Source: Guillardia theta CCMP2712 (lineage: Eukaryota; Protista; Cryptophyta). From it: DNA of 64,000 nt. Below the pieces are notes generated by a model. It was given only the letters and a program-made list of their open reading frames with translations, ran no database searches and had not been told where the DNA came from. Below, piece after piece: positions 21,384 to 38,337 of the stretch (positions are counted from its first letter, which is position 1; each line of letters opens with the position of its first letter). The DNA is taken from assembly GCF_000315625.1 (NCBI RefSeq), contig NW_005434670.1:206237-270236 (forward strand). Reading direction: 5' to 3'. The position numbers and the translations under genes were made by a program.

Positions 21384-22437
21384 ATGGGAGAGTTGCTGAC
21401 GGGGATACCAAAGGAGTCAGACGAGGATTACGCCAAGAACGCCTCTGAGACCAGATGCTTCCTCACCAGCGTTCTCTTCCTGACCAGACTCCCATGTCCC
21501 ATGTGGTGTGATCTACATCCCGGGGTGCTCGTCCGTGGCATGGCATGGCATGTGCAAGTCCCCTCTAGCGCCTTTTCTCGCTCATCTCGTTCCCTTAGGT
21601 TCCCCCTGGTTGGCGCCATTGTCGGTCTCATGAGCGCCCTGTGGTTTGACTTCATGGCATCGGTGCTACCTCTCAGCCTGGCAGCGACAGCGTCTGTTGC
21701 CGCCTCTGTGCGGCTGACTGGTTGCTTCCACGAGGACGGGCTCGGGGATACGGTCGACGCCTTCGGGGGCGGGTGGAGTTTGGCACAGATACTGCGGATC
21801 ATGAAGGACTCCCGGGTAGGAACCTACGGCAGCATCGCCCTCGCCCTTTTCCTTATCGCCAAAGTTCATCTCCTCGCCTCTCTCGGCCCGAGCGAGTGGA
21901 GAGTCGGCGGGGGACAAGGGGCCGGCCCCGCGCTAGTTGCTGCACATGCCTTGGCGAGGCTGTCAGGGCCTGTCCTCATGCGAGGCTGCCACTACGTCAT
22001 AGATGAGGAGGATCTCAAGGGAGGGTTCTACAACTGGTTCGCTCGCAGCAAGGAGCTTCTCTCCGTTCCTCGCATCGTCTTCTCTGTCGTGCTCGCTTCC
22101 ATCATCGCCTCTCTTGCAATCGGCGTACAACAAGCCCTTGTCGCCCTTGCTATCACCATGGCGTCTTCGCTCATCGCCGGGATCTACGGGAATCAAGTGA
22201 TCGGAGGAGTGATAGGAGACTTCCTTGGAGCTACTGTCTGCATGATTGAGCTGCTCATCTACAGCAGCATATGCGGCAAATTGCCCTCCTCCCTTGCACC
22301 AGCTTTTCGCCTCGGGATGGTCAGTAGCGCCTATTTCGATCTTGACTGCCATGGTGATATATCAGCAGGCTTATCTCTTCCTTTGGTGCTACAAGGCGTT
22401 AGTGACTCGCAAGACTGACGACTCCAAGAAAGCTTGA
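21384..22437 (+). CDS. cobS: Cobalamin (5'-phosphate) synthase CobS/CobV, intron-containing
   Basis: FLTRLP, WFPLVG (after removing a 51-nt GC-AG intron at 21548-21598), LTGCFHEDGLGDTVDAFGGG, IMKDSRVGTYG, GGVIGDFLGA. Multiple TM helices. Last exon AYLFLWCYK...KKA*. Confidence 0.92.
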
Positions 22438-22649
22438 TGGGCCAGAAGGCAAATCCAGGCCCATGGCGGTCCTGTGCTATTCTTTGTATTTCTGATGTGT
22501 TTACAAGATGTAGAAATCGCGATCCCCTCCCCACCTTCGCTTATCTAGGAACCATATCCTCTTCCTCCATGGGACAAGACAGATTGCCCGTTGCATTCTC
22601 GTCAATCTGGGTGCAAACAAAGATTTCAGCTATGCTGGCGATTGCGTTA

Positions 22650-25451
22650 GTCAGGTTGGTCAACCGTGTTCTCGGCTTCGCTGGGCGCATTCAAACTCTG
22701 CTCAGCTACGTCGTCACACCTGCGGCACGCATCGTCATCCCTCCACCTCGACAAGCGGACAAGCAGACTGGCTCTCGTCGTTGACTTCCCCATCAGCCGG
22801 CCAGGATGCCTCCTGAGTCGGGGTATAAGACTAACTTTGTGGTACGAGAGAAAGAGAACTAGAGGAGAAAGGAAGAGAAGCAAGGAGGACAAGGATGGTG
22901 AAAGATAAGGAAGGTGAGGAGGAGGAGGAGATGATATTATGAGGAAGAAACGGTAGAGGTGGAGGCAGAGCCATGGAATGTGCAAGGGGCGAAGGAGAAG
23001 AAAACTTAGGAAGGGAAAAAGGATAGGTGTATCACCTCTTCAGTTTGTGGAGGTGTAGTGAACGACTGCCACACGGGAATGACGAGAAAATTTGAAGGCA
23101 GCAACAGGTCTAACCTTGACAGGAGAGTAGTCTCCTCGTCCGAGTGCGTTCACCCCACAAACTCGGAACCGATAAGTCTGGTCGAGGGAGCTGTAAATCA
23201 GAGCGCGCGAGCAGGGCCGAAACAGCCAGTAACCTGCTCGGGAAGAAGATCTCCGACCAGGAATGTCCTCCAATGCCCCGAGTAGATTTCCTGCCCCCTC
23301 CAGGTTCACGCTACGAGCAAGAACGAGTGAGCCTCAAGACCTGCCATAGGCTTGACACATTGGCGTTTCCCGCAACTCGATTCTCCTCCTCCGCCTCGCT
23401 CATCTCCAGCACATACGTGCAGTGCTGCGTCCGCTTTGCTGGCTCACCTGCCATGTTGTAAGAAGGAAGACGAGGAAGCGTGTATGTCTCCTGCCCCACC
23501 TGCCCATGCCAACACAAGCGATCGACTAGTTGAATCTACAAGACAAATGTCCCCAGGAGTTCTATAGAAGCACGGTCGTCAATACTCTCAATACTTCTGC
23601 AACTCATTCAAAGCCTCATCGTTTCAAAAGTTCACCTCGGCACTCCTGTTGAAAAAACTTTGATTTGACTCCACGGTCCCTGTAGCCCGCACACATCAGC
23701 CCCCACTGCTATCCTTCAAGACGCTCCTTCACCTTGCCGCTGCTGTTGACAGCGCAAACTCGGAATCTTCAACGGAAAAAAGCTCAGAGTTGCTCTCATC
23801 TTGCGATTCAACAACACCTGTATGAAGTCTGTTCTTCCAAACCCGAAGATGAGCAGGAGCGATTGACACCCTGTCATGATTTCAACAAGACTGGCAAGGG
23901 CCCGAAACGAGGTCAACTTGATAGATCTCCTTCCAAGGGATCTCAGCCTGATGCTCTGATAGGACGTACGCAGCTTGCTCGACGATGTAGGTGTTGCGAT
24001 CGCCTTCTCTCTTTGTCTTTGATCGCTGGGGTAAGGGAAAACAACAAGCGGTGGAAACAAAAACCTGGCAGTTCCATGTCAACAGCAACGAGGTCGAAGT
24101 CACCTCGGCGCAACTGCGATTACGTCAGGCATCGCAAGGAGAAGAGGTATCAGAACATCACTTGAGATCTGCGGGGGCAGGAGGAACAAGAAATTCAGTG
24201 AAGTGCATGCTTGAAATGCAAGAGATTGCAGCCCCCATGTTCAGTGTTAGCCCTCCTAGCAAAGAAACGTCACAACCTTGCAGGTGCCGCTGAGTTGGGT
24301 CATAGTCCACCTGGCGACAAGTTTGCAATCGGAGGGGGAGAAACAGACGCTTCAACCGCTCCCCTCAGCTGTCACAAAGCCTGAGCTGAACAGAGATCGA
24401 CAGGCAACGAGATTGGAAATAGGTACCTGCTTGTCGAGCTTGTGCGTGTCGACGTCGAGGAAAACAGCTCCGTCCTCGTTTGCGACGATCTGGAGGGCAA
24501 GCAGTCAGTGGAAGACACGAGCAGACAACAAGTCGAAAACAAACTGTGCAAGGGGCTGACCTGCTCAGCGCGATCTAGAAGTGACGACCATATGGTAAGT
24601 TTTTGTCGCTGTCCTTCAACCTGTCCCATCAACACCGCGCACTTCTCCCTCTCGTGGGAGTCGATCACTGAGTGCAACTTGACTTCCAACTTTGAAACAT
24701 GATCTCTGAGCTCGTAGCACTCTCGCTTGACCTGATCGCGCATCTGCTTACAGTTGAGCTCCAGTTCCTGAACCGAGGCGTCGGCCCTCTGCGTGAATTC
24801 CAGCACAGCATTCCGTTTCGCTTTCAGCAGCTCCATGCCCTCTTGGAGCTGTGTCTTGCGCTCTTGGACTGCCGTGTGCAGACTGATGCGAGGATGTTCA
24901 ATGTGAGCGCCCATGAGGAGGCAATGGGCACAGACCATTACGCCACATTGCGTACAGAAGAAAGAAAGAGCCTGCCCTTCATGCGTGTCGCACTCTCGGT
25001 TGCTAACAGGCTCCATGGGCGTGACAACATGCGCCTTGAAGACAGCTCTCTCCTTCGGATGACAAGTCTCCAGACAAGCCTCACAGTACTTGACGACGCA
25101 AGTCACACATTCCATGACTGCTGGCTTCTTCTCGCATACATCGCACTTGAACTTCTTCCTGATGGAGGTTTTCTTTGCCGTCTTCCCCTTCTGCGCAGCT
25201 TCAAGCTTTTCCACCATGTTCTTCAGCGCCAGGTTGAGAGGAAGTCGCTCAACGCCATTTGCTAAGGAGCACGTAGCACGACAAACCGGGCAGTTGATGG
25301 TCAAAGTGGGGACAGTCTGATTCCGCCACAAACCTCTAGCACACTCGAGGCAGACGTTGTGAGAGTTACCACATGGAAGGGTGCGAGGATCAGTGAAGAG
25401 CATGAGACACACGGGGCACGTGAGCTCATCTTCGAAATCCTCTGCGAGCAT
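22650..25451 (-). CDS. TRIM-like E3 ligase: RING, B-box1, B-box2, coiled coil, COS-like segment, FN3 domain(s); 3' end approximate
   Basis: ELTCPVC..DPRTLPCGNSHNVCLEC..CPVCR; CDVC..CVTCVVKYCEACLETCHP; CDTH..FFCTQCGVMVCAHC..H; VPPAPADLK..TSTSLLLTW; TYRFRVCGVNALGRGDYS. Confidence 0.85.
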
Positions 25452-26000
25452 GTTGGTTCGGAGATGTTAGAAGATGGTCGGTTGCGCTTTCGGAAGAAGT
25501 GAGGATCTCAACCCAAAAGATATCAAAGACAGAGCAATGAAGAGACGATCACGTACAGAATATTCCTAGCTGGCACAAGGCGCTGCCAAAGTATGCCTCC
25601 GATGAACCGCAAGAAAGCACTGCACACCTGTAGCTGGGAAAAGTTGCTGTACAACTCAACAAGTGAAACGGAGCCTCTCACGCAGGGAGCTTGTGCAGTT
25701 CTCTAGCAAGATATGATGTCGAGATGGACTTCTGTTCCTCTTGCTGGAGCCAGATGCTTACCACATGCCCTCTCCCTTCGCCCTCTCACCCATTCCACAC
25801 ATTGCTCCCATCCCCTCCGGCTCAAACTCTCGATAACCGTCGTCAACGGTATTGCTGGCCGTGGTACCGTTACATATTGGTTGCAGACGTTATAGACGAT
25901 AAAGATCCGTGCCATGATGGGGTTCCGACTTGTCGCGTGCGAGGAGTAAGGGAAAGGAGGGGAGAGAGAGGAGGGCGAGAGGAGGGCGTGTGGGGGAGGG

Positions 26001-27130
26001 ATGGCTACGAAGAGGAGGAAGCGAAGTGCAACGTGGGTTCACTGCTCCTTGACGCTCCTCCTGTTGGTACCCTTCCGTCATGTGTCTTGCAAGAATGTCA
26101 GCGTGTCGTACCCGTTCTTCAACAACATCACCATGGGCGATCCTGTTAGGATAGCAATTACCATGCCGATTACATCACGCGGGGACGAGGATGGGCCGAT
26201 TGAGAAGATGAGGTTCTTCAACTCTTTCTTGCCCTCGTTCCTGGAGACGGCGATTCCAACATCGTTTCCGTGCACCTTCGAGTTCTGGATAGGCTATGAC
26301 AAAGGAGACAAAATTCTGGACAATGAGAGAGGGCGGCATACGTTTGAGTCGGTGTTTCGGAAGAAGGTAGAGAGTGTTTCAAAGGCACAGCAGTGTGGAC
26401 AAGCTGGATGCTTCAAAATCACGATGATGGACTTTCCGTACTCCAATACACTGACTGCACTTTGGAATGGACTGAACAATGCAGCGTTCAGAGACGGTTG
26501 TCACTACTTCTTCATGCCCAACGATGACCTGCTCATGCGCACTAGTGGCTGGCCTTCTGCCTTTCTTGCACTGTTAGCCTCCAGCACGCTCAAACCGAAT
26601 CTTGGGGTCACCGGGCCGAACGATCCCGTGTCGGGCAGAGCCGACATCCCTTCAATGCCCTGTGTGCACAGGTACTCGCAATGCTGCTACTTGCAATCAC
26701 CTGCTCTGAGTCTGTCGCTCTAGAACTCACCTGCACATCTTCAATGGTCAGACCCTTCCATCCACCTTCCAGGTCCTTCCTTTGTCGGCCTGTGAAGAGA
26801 CTCAACGATCGCTGACTGCAGAATTGGTACAACGACGTCTGGCTCGGGAATGTCTACAGGGCTTTCGATGCATGCCTCATGGCCAAAGACATCGCTGCTC
26901 GGAACCATGACGGATGTCAGGACCCAGAGAGGTGCAGCAGGTATGTTCTCGGGGAAGGAGCTTTCGCTCCATGGCAGGAGGAGACACACAGAGGACGGCT
27001 ACAGGTCTTGAAATTTTATGCTCCATTCTCTTGGAGCATCTCACAGTTGTGCAGGTGTTGATGTGGTTGTCAGAACAGGGAGTTGCGGTGTCGAGGGACA
27101 CTGTGCTGAACAAGCAAGTTGTGATTTGAT
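26001..27130 (+). CDS. Secretory-pathway GT-A-fold glycosyltransferase-like protein (multi-exon)
   Basis: N-terminal signal/anchor, IAITMPITSRG, WIGYDKGD, LWNGL..AFRDGCHYFFMPNDD (DxD-like), GVTGPND, NWYNDVWL. Confidence 0.7.
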
Positions 27131-27269
27131 TACACAACGTTCTAGAGCTACGTCACTTGGATGATCGCTTTGAGTAAATTCCAGTCACGATATGTTAGAA
27201 TCATGCCATGCTTGTTGTCTCCTTGAATTTGAAAGCAGTTGCAGTATTAAGTGTCATTCATTCAATCGC

Positions 27270-28137
27270 TCATTCTAGTAAATCTGTGTCGTCAAGATTG
27301 TAACCCCTTCTCCGTGTTCTCATTTGTCTTCCGAACCCAAAAAGGCAACCATCAGCTTTCACATCGACACCCAAAAAAGAAAAACACCTGTCATGAATTC
27401 TTTTCTCCCGGCTGTGCAAAGAAGCCACCAACCCCTTCTGCAGGATCAAAGCTGCTGTTAGCTTGACAGTCGCAGTGAGGGTCCTAGGTTTCACCTTGCT
27501 TTCAGCAAGCTCTTTCTCCCACTTCACAACGACATCAGGTTCAGCCTCTTTGCTGGTCAATTTCGCTGCCTATTCATGCACGCGTGATAAGCCCAGGAGA
27601 AACTGTTTCACCTGTATTACCGGCTGATCACCATCCGCGCCCTCGTCCTCGTTATCCTACAACAGAACAATCAGAACAGATTCAAGAAGATTCGTGGCAT
27701 ACCTCTTTTTCCAAGGTGAAGGTCACAGAATCGTCCCAGTACGGGTTCCCCTTCTCGTACTTGTAGAAGCCCTGGCGAGCATCTGCTACAACCTGCTTCC
27801 ACAAATGGTTTATCTTCATCTGCATGCTCTCTGCTTTATCCGCATCATTCTGCATATTCTTGAGCGATGCCTGTGCATCAGGCAGATTGACTGGTGGGGT
27901 TGCTGTCACGGTTTCTGATGTCGCCTCTAGGGCCCCCCTCGTGGTGGTTGAACTCCACACCACCACAAGGGCAGCGATCAAGCCTAAAGAGGAGATGCCG
28001 AGAGAAACCAAGACCTGCGATGCTGGGTCAGCAGCATGAAATGGTTGGGTCAGGATCAGCATGTGCCCATGGGTCGCCGAGGCATTCTCATCGCTCTATC
28101 CCCTCACCTTCTGTGCTTGGCTGCCGGCAACCATGTC
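27270..28137 (-). CDS. Hypothetical small membrane-anchored protein (multi-exon)
   Basis: Hydrophobic segment VLVSLGISSLGLIAALVVVW followed by coding-like exons. No recognised domain. Confidence 0.45.
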
Positions 28138-29230
28138 AATGATGACCCTTCACCACCTGAGGTGAGCCCGGTGATCTCAGTTCAGTAATACAAACAAGGG
28201 ACACGGAAGTTCGGCCCGGCCGGGTCAGTCCGGCCGGTCAGACCAGCGAGGTGAGCCCGCCGGGGCAGGTCCGATCCGATAGGACCGTAAAGTTTACTCA
28301 ACATATTTGAAGTATTTTTGTATTGCTTTTTAGGGATAAATGTATTTATTATACGCATTTCTCGGTACAAGAAGTCCATCTAAAACCTAAAAGTGAATAC
28401 TAAACTTATCGGCTGTAGCCGTTATCCATCAAACCACCCTACCCTCAAGCATAGTCGGGTGACCCCACCCTCATGAAGTGTATTTGGAAAGTCTGCCTAC
28501 CCCTCTTTTAACTTAATCACGTACCCCCTCCACCCTGGTTCACTATATCCTCCCCTTCTGCAGGCAGGGGTACCGCAAGAACGTTGGTGTAGAGGGTGTA
28601 GTCCTCGTCATGCCACCGGTGGTTGCCATAATACAGTACCCCAGTTCCGACCAGGACAACGGTACGGGTGGAAAAATGTTAGGCAGCGAGATTAAGAGAT
28701 TAATTGATCTGATACCAGTTGTTTAGTGTCTTTCAACTAGGGTAGATCAATGACTACTATGTACCGAGGCGGACTTGTAATCCACGAAAGAAATGCTTCT
28801 TTGAAATGTCTGATAGCCTCCGATAACGATTTCAAACTTACAATAATGACATCTTCAAAATATACAGAAAGGTTTCAAGATGAACAAATCTTTTCTGGTG
28901 AAGGACCGAATGGGCAAGGCTCAATGCTTTCCTGTTATGACGCAATGAAAGCAAACGGGAGGAGCGGGAGGGACCGCAAGCTTCCTTAGGCTCACAGCTG
29001 CGCGCCAGGAACTCATAGTGTCCTCTCGTATCGCTCTGCTCTCCGCCATCATCCTCTACTGCACACTTGATCCTCGTCTGCTCGTAATACAAGATCGTTG
29101 TCTTAGTCGTCACCGATACTTATCTCATACACTTAGTCTCAGCCGTACCTTGACAGCCTCCCTTGGACTTGAGAACTCAAGTTGACCGACACTGAATTCC
29201 CTTGCACTCTCATATGCATGACATTTGATC

Positions 29231-33302
<4,072 letters not shown>

Positions 33303-34011
33303 ACCTACGCCGTGCACATTAATCTTCCACCTCCAGATCCTCATCATCATCTTCGCTTTCCTCCTTCTCCTCCTCCTCCTCCTCCTCCTCCTCCTCCGTT
33401 TCATCTTCCTCCTCCTCCTACACCAACACCACTCCCTCCCATTCACCTCTTCTATCATCCCCTATCACCATCAAAGCGATACCACCACCTCTCTCCCCCC
33501 CTCAACGCCCGAACGCCTCTGCCGCATCCCCCTTTCCTCTTCCTACAGGCATCAGTCCCTCCAACGACGCGACAGTCTCCCCCGTGGGAAGGTGGACGGC
33601 AGCTCTGCAAAGTTTGTCATCCGCACATCCTACAGCAGCGGGAATGTACTTCATGAAACAGCTCGCAATGCAGCGGATGTGGTACGCAGCACCGCAAGAG
33701 CAGAGGAAGGGAGGGCTGCTGTAAACTTAGCGCTCGCCTCTCCTCACCTCCTCACCTCCTCACCTCTTCTTCGCACTCCTTTTCGCATCCTCTCCGAGTG
33801 GATCTAGGATACATTTGGCGCACTGCAGTAGAGAGGAAGTGAGGGAGGCCAGGGGAGAGGAGGGGAGGAACTGATCAGGTGAAGGAGAGCGGGAGGGTGT
33901 TGGATCACAAGAAGTGATGTGGACATCATGTCTACATCGATCATGTTCATCACCTGATAGAGAGGAGGCTCTGGCAAAGATCCGTCCTTCTTCTTCTATT
34001 CAAACATGCGT

Positions 34012-35076
34012 TCAGTCGATCTCATCGCAGAAAAGAACTTTCACCTGATTGTAGACCATCCACAGCTCCTTCACCTAGACATCTCCCGCGTCAACAACTC
34101 AACAAGATGGAGATGATGCGATACTGCAGGGTCGCTGAGTGTTGAGAAGAGAGAGTCGACATGCGATGGGGGCGCGGGGCTCCGTTTCACAAAGTCGAGA
34201 TGTCTTGAGGACAGGTGAACGACCCTGAGGGGATACTGTACAAGACGATGACGATGACGATGATAACATATGGGAAAGAAATTCTCACCAGATTCCAAGG
34301 CTTCAACTGCAGCATCTCATACAAAATCCTGACCTGCAAGGCTCACAAACTCTCAACTCATGTTAAATGCGGTTTCCTCTCTCGTACTTTGGCATGAATC
34401 TTGTACGCTGCGCCAACCCCCGTCAGCTGCTTTGCCACCTCCCAGACTGCAGGATGCTCAGCCAAGTCATCAAGAGCACTCTCAGCGAGCTTGCCATGCC
34501 GTGACTTCTTCGGGTTCTGCCATGCCCACTCAAATTGCAGCGCCGAGATCTGCCGCCATGTCACTCAATCCCTGAGAGTTGAGAACGAAACCTTGGAAGG
34601 GAAGCCGCACACGAACATGAGCATCTCCCAGGGTCTCCACCTGCAGTTCGACTAGACGTCATCGCCTGCTGCAACGGAACTGCCGCTGCCTCTTGGTCCG
34701 GTGCGCTCCCATGGTCAGCTCCCCGTTGTGCTGCCGTATCCTGCGGTCTGCATCGGGGGCTCAGCGCATGCTGCAGCAGAAGCAGCAAGACCCACCTGGC
34801 CGGACGGTGAAGCCGACGTACGTGTAGTCTCTCCTCTCTACTCGGCCACGTCAGGGCCCTTCCACTGCACACGAAGGAGCTACCGGGGTGGGAGGATCCC
34901 AGGAGGTAGCAAGCAAAGAACTTGCTCCGTTGCTCTACCAGCTCGTCCTGCTCCTCCTCTACTCTCTCTGCTCCTTCTTCATCGTCCTCCATCATGTCTA
35001 CAGGGCTCCTCCCCTCTACATCTCCTCCTCCTCCTCTCCCATCCCACCGCCCATTTCCCAGCATCCCATCCTCCAT
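34012..35076 (-). CDS. SLX1: GIY-YIG structure-specific endonuclease subunit SLX1 (multi-exon)
   Basis: FFACYLL, YTYVGFTV, RRIRQHNGELTMGAHRT, PWEMLMFVCGFPS, ALQFEWAWQNP. Confidence 0.9.
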
Positions 35077-35258
35077 TTTGTCACAAACTTGTGGCGGGCC
35101 AACCCCTTCAGCAGTCCGCCGGCCCCATGGCGCCGCAAGGCTTCGTTGCGGCTCCCCCGCATGCTCCCTTGGCGCCCTCCTCCTGCTTACGACCATGCGG
35201 CGTGTCCATGTCAAGGAGGATGCATCGTTTTGCTCTCAGATCCGCATCCGGCGCCTCG

Positions 35259-35609
35259 ATGAGGATGGACTTGACGTCGAAGCATGCCGGCGTCGCTCTG
35301 TTGTCCGTCATGTCCCTTCTTAGCCTCGGAGGAATGCGCGCGAATGCGCTGAGCGAGCAAGGCAGCTCCCTGCTGCTCTCAGACGCATCAGAAGGGATGC
35401 TGGCCCCTGCTGCCAGGATACTTGTTGTCGTCATGGCGATGGGAGCCCTGTACGCCTTCTACCGACCCCCTGAGGAGATTCTGGTGGAGCAGAAGGAGTC
35501 TTTCGACGAGGAGGACCTGAGGAAGTATATGGGAGAGGACGCGGAAATCCCTGAATACTTCAAGAAGAAGGAGAGGAGGGTAGGACAGGGGAAGGAGGAC
35601 AGCGGGTAG
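35259..35609 (+). CDS. Small predicted membrane protein, head-to-head with SLX1
   Basis: Signal-like N-terminus and TM segment ILVVVMAMGALYAFY, followed by a charged tail. Confidence 0.5.
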   Translation: MRMDLTSKHAGVALLSVMSLLSLGGMRANALSEQGSSLLLSDASEGMLAPAARILVVVMAMGALYAFYRPPEEILVEQKESFDEEDLRKYMGEDAEIPEYFKKKERRVGQGKEDSG

Positions 35610-35639
35610 AGACTGGTTGTAAGGAATAACTTTTACTGC

Positions 35640-38207
35640 AAACCTCGCTGCGCTACCCTGCAGTCAGCTTTTCACAGAGCCTGCACCACCCCGTGTGAGA
35701 GCCAAAGGATGCGAGCGAGTGCAACTTCTCCAGCTCCTCCTGTACAGACATGAGGGAGGGACCAAGTTTGCGCAGGTACAATCACCTCGTCGTGTTTCCA
35801 GGCGAGCAGAGCTTCGTACGCCGTTGAGTTCTCAGTAAGGTACTCGATGTGCTCGCCCAGAGCTGCTGCAGATGAGAACTTAGAAGCAAAGATGGCTGAG
35901 TTGCTGTAAGACGTCGTCAGTCAAAACCTGATGCTGCGCCTCCACCCGGCTCTACTCCTCCCTCCTCCCTCCTCCCTTCTCCCTCCTCCCTCCTCCCTCC
36001 TCCCTCCTCCCTCTCCAACCCTCTCCGCCATCTCCTCCTTCCCTCCTCGCTCCCTTCCATTCGAATTCGCTTCCCTCCCCCCTCCCTCTCCACTCTCCAC
36101 CCTCCGTGTAGCACGGGTCTCCTACCGAGGAAGGAACGACTCGACATTGGGTGCGCCATCGTAGATCGGCACGCATCCCGCAGCTAACGCCTGTCATGTC
36201 ATGGATGACAGTGAGTCCATGAGCCGTTGGCATCACCTGCAAACAACCTGGAAAACTTTCTCTGTGACGTAATCGCGGTGTCGAGAATTCTCTAGAGCGA
36301 TGCAGAAGAGATATCTGAAGAGTTCATAGGTCAAGTCAGCAAGGGTGTATCATTCTTGTATCCCCACCTCGACATCAGGCTCAGTTTTTTCTCCCCGTAG
36401 ATGTTGAACCATTCAGCATCTGGAAACGGCACTGCCCTGAAAAGGCTTCATGAACATGAAAGAGAAACGCTGATTACGCCATCGGAGAATCGTACTTGTT
36501 CTGCGTACAAGCTCCATAAGAGTCGACCCTCACATACCTGAGTAAAACTTCAGGGCTGTGAAACTTTCTGAAAAGATTTAAATTCTCTGCCTGGACAATT
36601 CCTGGACGAATTCCTTTCTACCTGAAACACGCACTCAGCGGAAAAGATGCAGGTTGAAGTCATACCAGTGTGGGAATGGCACTTGCCGATTATCGCGACA
36701 ACCTGCGCAACACATGGTGACAAGTGAGATCCTGCAGGAAGAGAATCACTTGATATCTCCTCTCCTTCTTGGGAGGAAGTTGCATGTATCTGAAGCCTTC
36801 AGACACGAGCATGTAACAATTAGCAGACAACCATAATTGTCGAATTCAAGGGAACCAGAGAGGAAAGGCCTGTCCGCGTAAGTGATGGGCACCTGAGAGC
36901 AGTCAAGACCAAGGCAGCTCCAAGGAGAGGACGAAACAAACATCGGAATCAAGATGGTAAGTCATATTCAACTCAAACTGTCGACGGAAAGAGGGCTCCT
37001 GCCGCCAAGGGTGACCAAACAGCTTCCAACTCCTTCACATCTCACAGCTTGAAGAGGATAGTTGGAGTCGGACTCCTACTCAACAACGTCACCGAGACAT
37101 GTTGAGCCAGCTCCCCGTGTAGCCTCTACTTTCCTGTGAGAAGTGAACCCATAGCTGCCCATTGCACTTGACCGGCGGCAGTTGAGGGCTTGTCTTGTCC
37201 AGGGAAGGGACGTGAATCAGGACAGCGCTCGCGCTGCCCAGGAGCGCAGGCAGGGGAGGAACAAACAAACAAGTTGCACGGCAGGAACGAGAAGGAGAAC
37301 GAGGGAGCCTGAAGTGAGATTCGAGCGGCCAGACCATGACGACAGGCGGAGGTCGGGAGTCCCTATGGGAGCTGCACAGGTCCTTGACGGGCGTTTGCTC
37401 GATGAACAGGCATGCTTTCCTAGAACACTCCGAGGTATCAGCATGCTGATCAGACGAGAGGTATGCATCCAGGGAAGCCAGGTTGGCCGCGCCGATGAGA
37501 CGACAGGTGGATTCATACGACTTTGGGCGATCGTGCTGGGAGAAACAATGGAGGGGTTGAAGGACAAGAGGTTCATCCAGTAGGAGGGTGGAGATCTGAT
37601 TCACAACACTCGTTCCAAGATCTCTCTGACTGACTGCGGCAACGTTGGGTGGAAGAACAACACATGGACCGAACATCTGCAAGCACTGCTTTAAGATCTG
37701 ATGAGAGTGTTGTCCGTAGTTGTCGTCTGCTGAGGAGAGGAGACCCCCTGACTGCAGCTGATGAAACTTAACTGAGCTCCAGAGTTGAAGCTCGTCTCTC
37801 ATCTGACGAGAGCATGCAGAGTCCATGAAGATCACAACCCGCGGCATGTTGTTGGTCTTTGCAAACAACGAATCGTGAACGATTGAATGAACGAGGCTGA
37901 GGATTTTGTCATGATTCTCTTCAGTCCAGAAGGTCGCAAATGTGATCAAGGGTCTTTGTCTTGCTGGGATGCTCCGGTTCAGCCTGTGAGCGGTCTGACA
38001 GGATCGCCTCGCACTGAGTTGGTTTCCTCCTGCCCGCAGCCAACTGGTAGCCTCGATCCAGTCGGAGGCCTCCCATCGCAGCTCAGAATAAGGTTGGGAT
38101 CGCAACCATGAAGGAGAGTCTTCTTGTCGAGCTGCTTCTTTCCTCTCAAGCTCGCCTCTCGCCAAGAACAGCGTCGCCATCGTCATGATCCCGATCAGTC
38201 CCTTCAT
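35640..38207 (-). CDS. Alpha-1,3/4-fucosyltransferase, glycosyltransferase family 10 (multi-exon); 3' end approximate
   Basis: QLWVHFSQES, YLFCIALENSRHRDYVTEK (GT10 motif), AGCVPIYDGAPNVESFLP, YEALLAWK. N-terminal signal anchor. Confidence 0.88.
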
Positions 38208-38337
38208 GCCATCACCCCGGAATTCATGTAGAGTGCTAGCTGTTTAGCCCGGCGATGCCCGAGAAACTTCAACATCTGAACGAGTTTTCCTGCCTGGAGA
38301 ATCGGCCGTGCATTGGAAAGCAATCGAACTTGTAATG

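Noticed and set aside
21375-22418. cobS as bacterial contamination
   Set aside because: It contains host-type introns and is contiguous with clearly eukaryotic genes.
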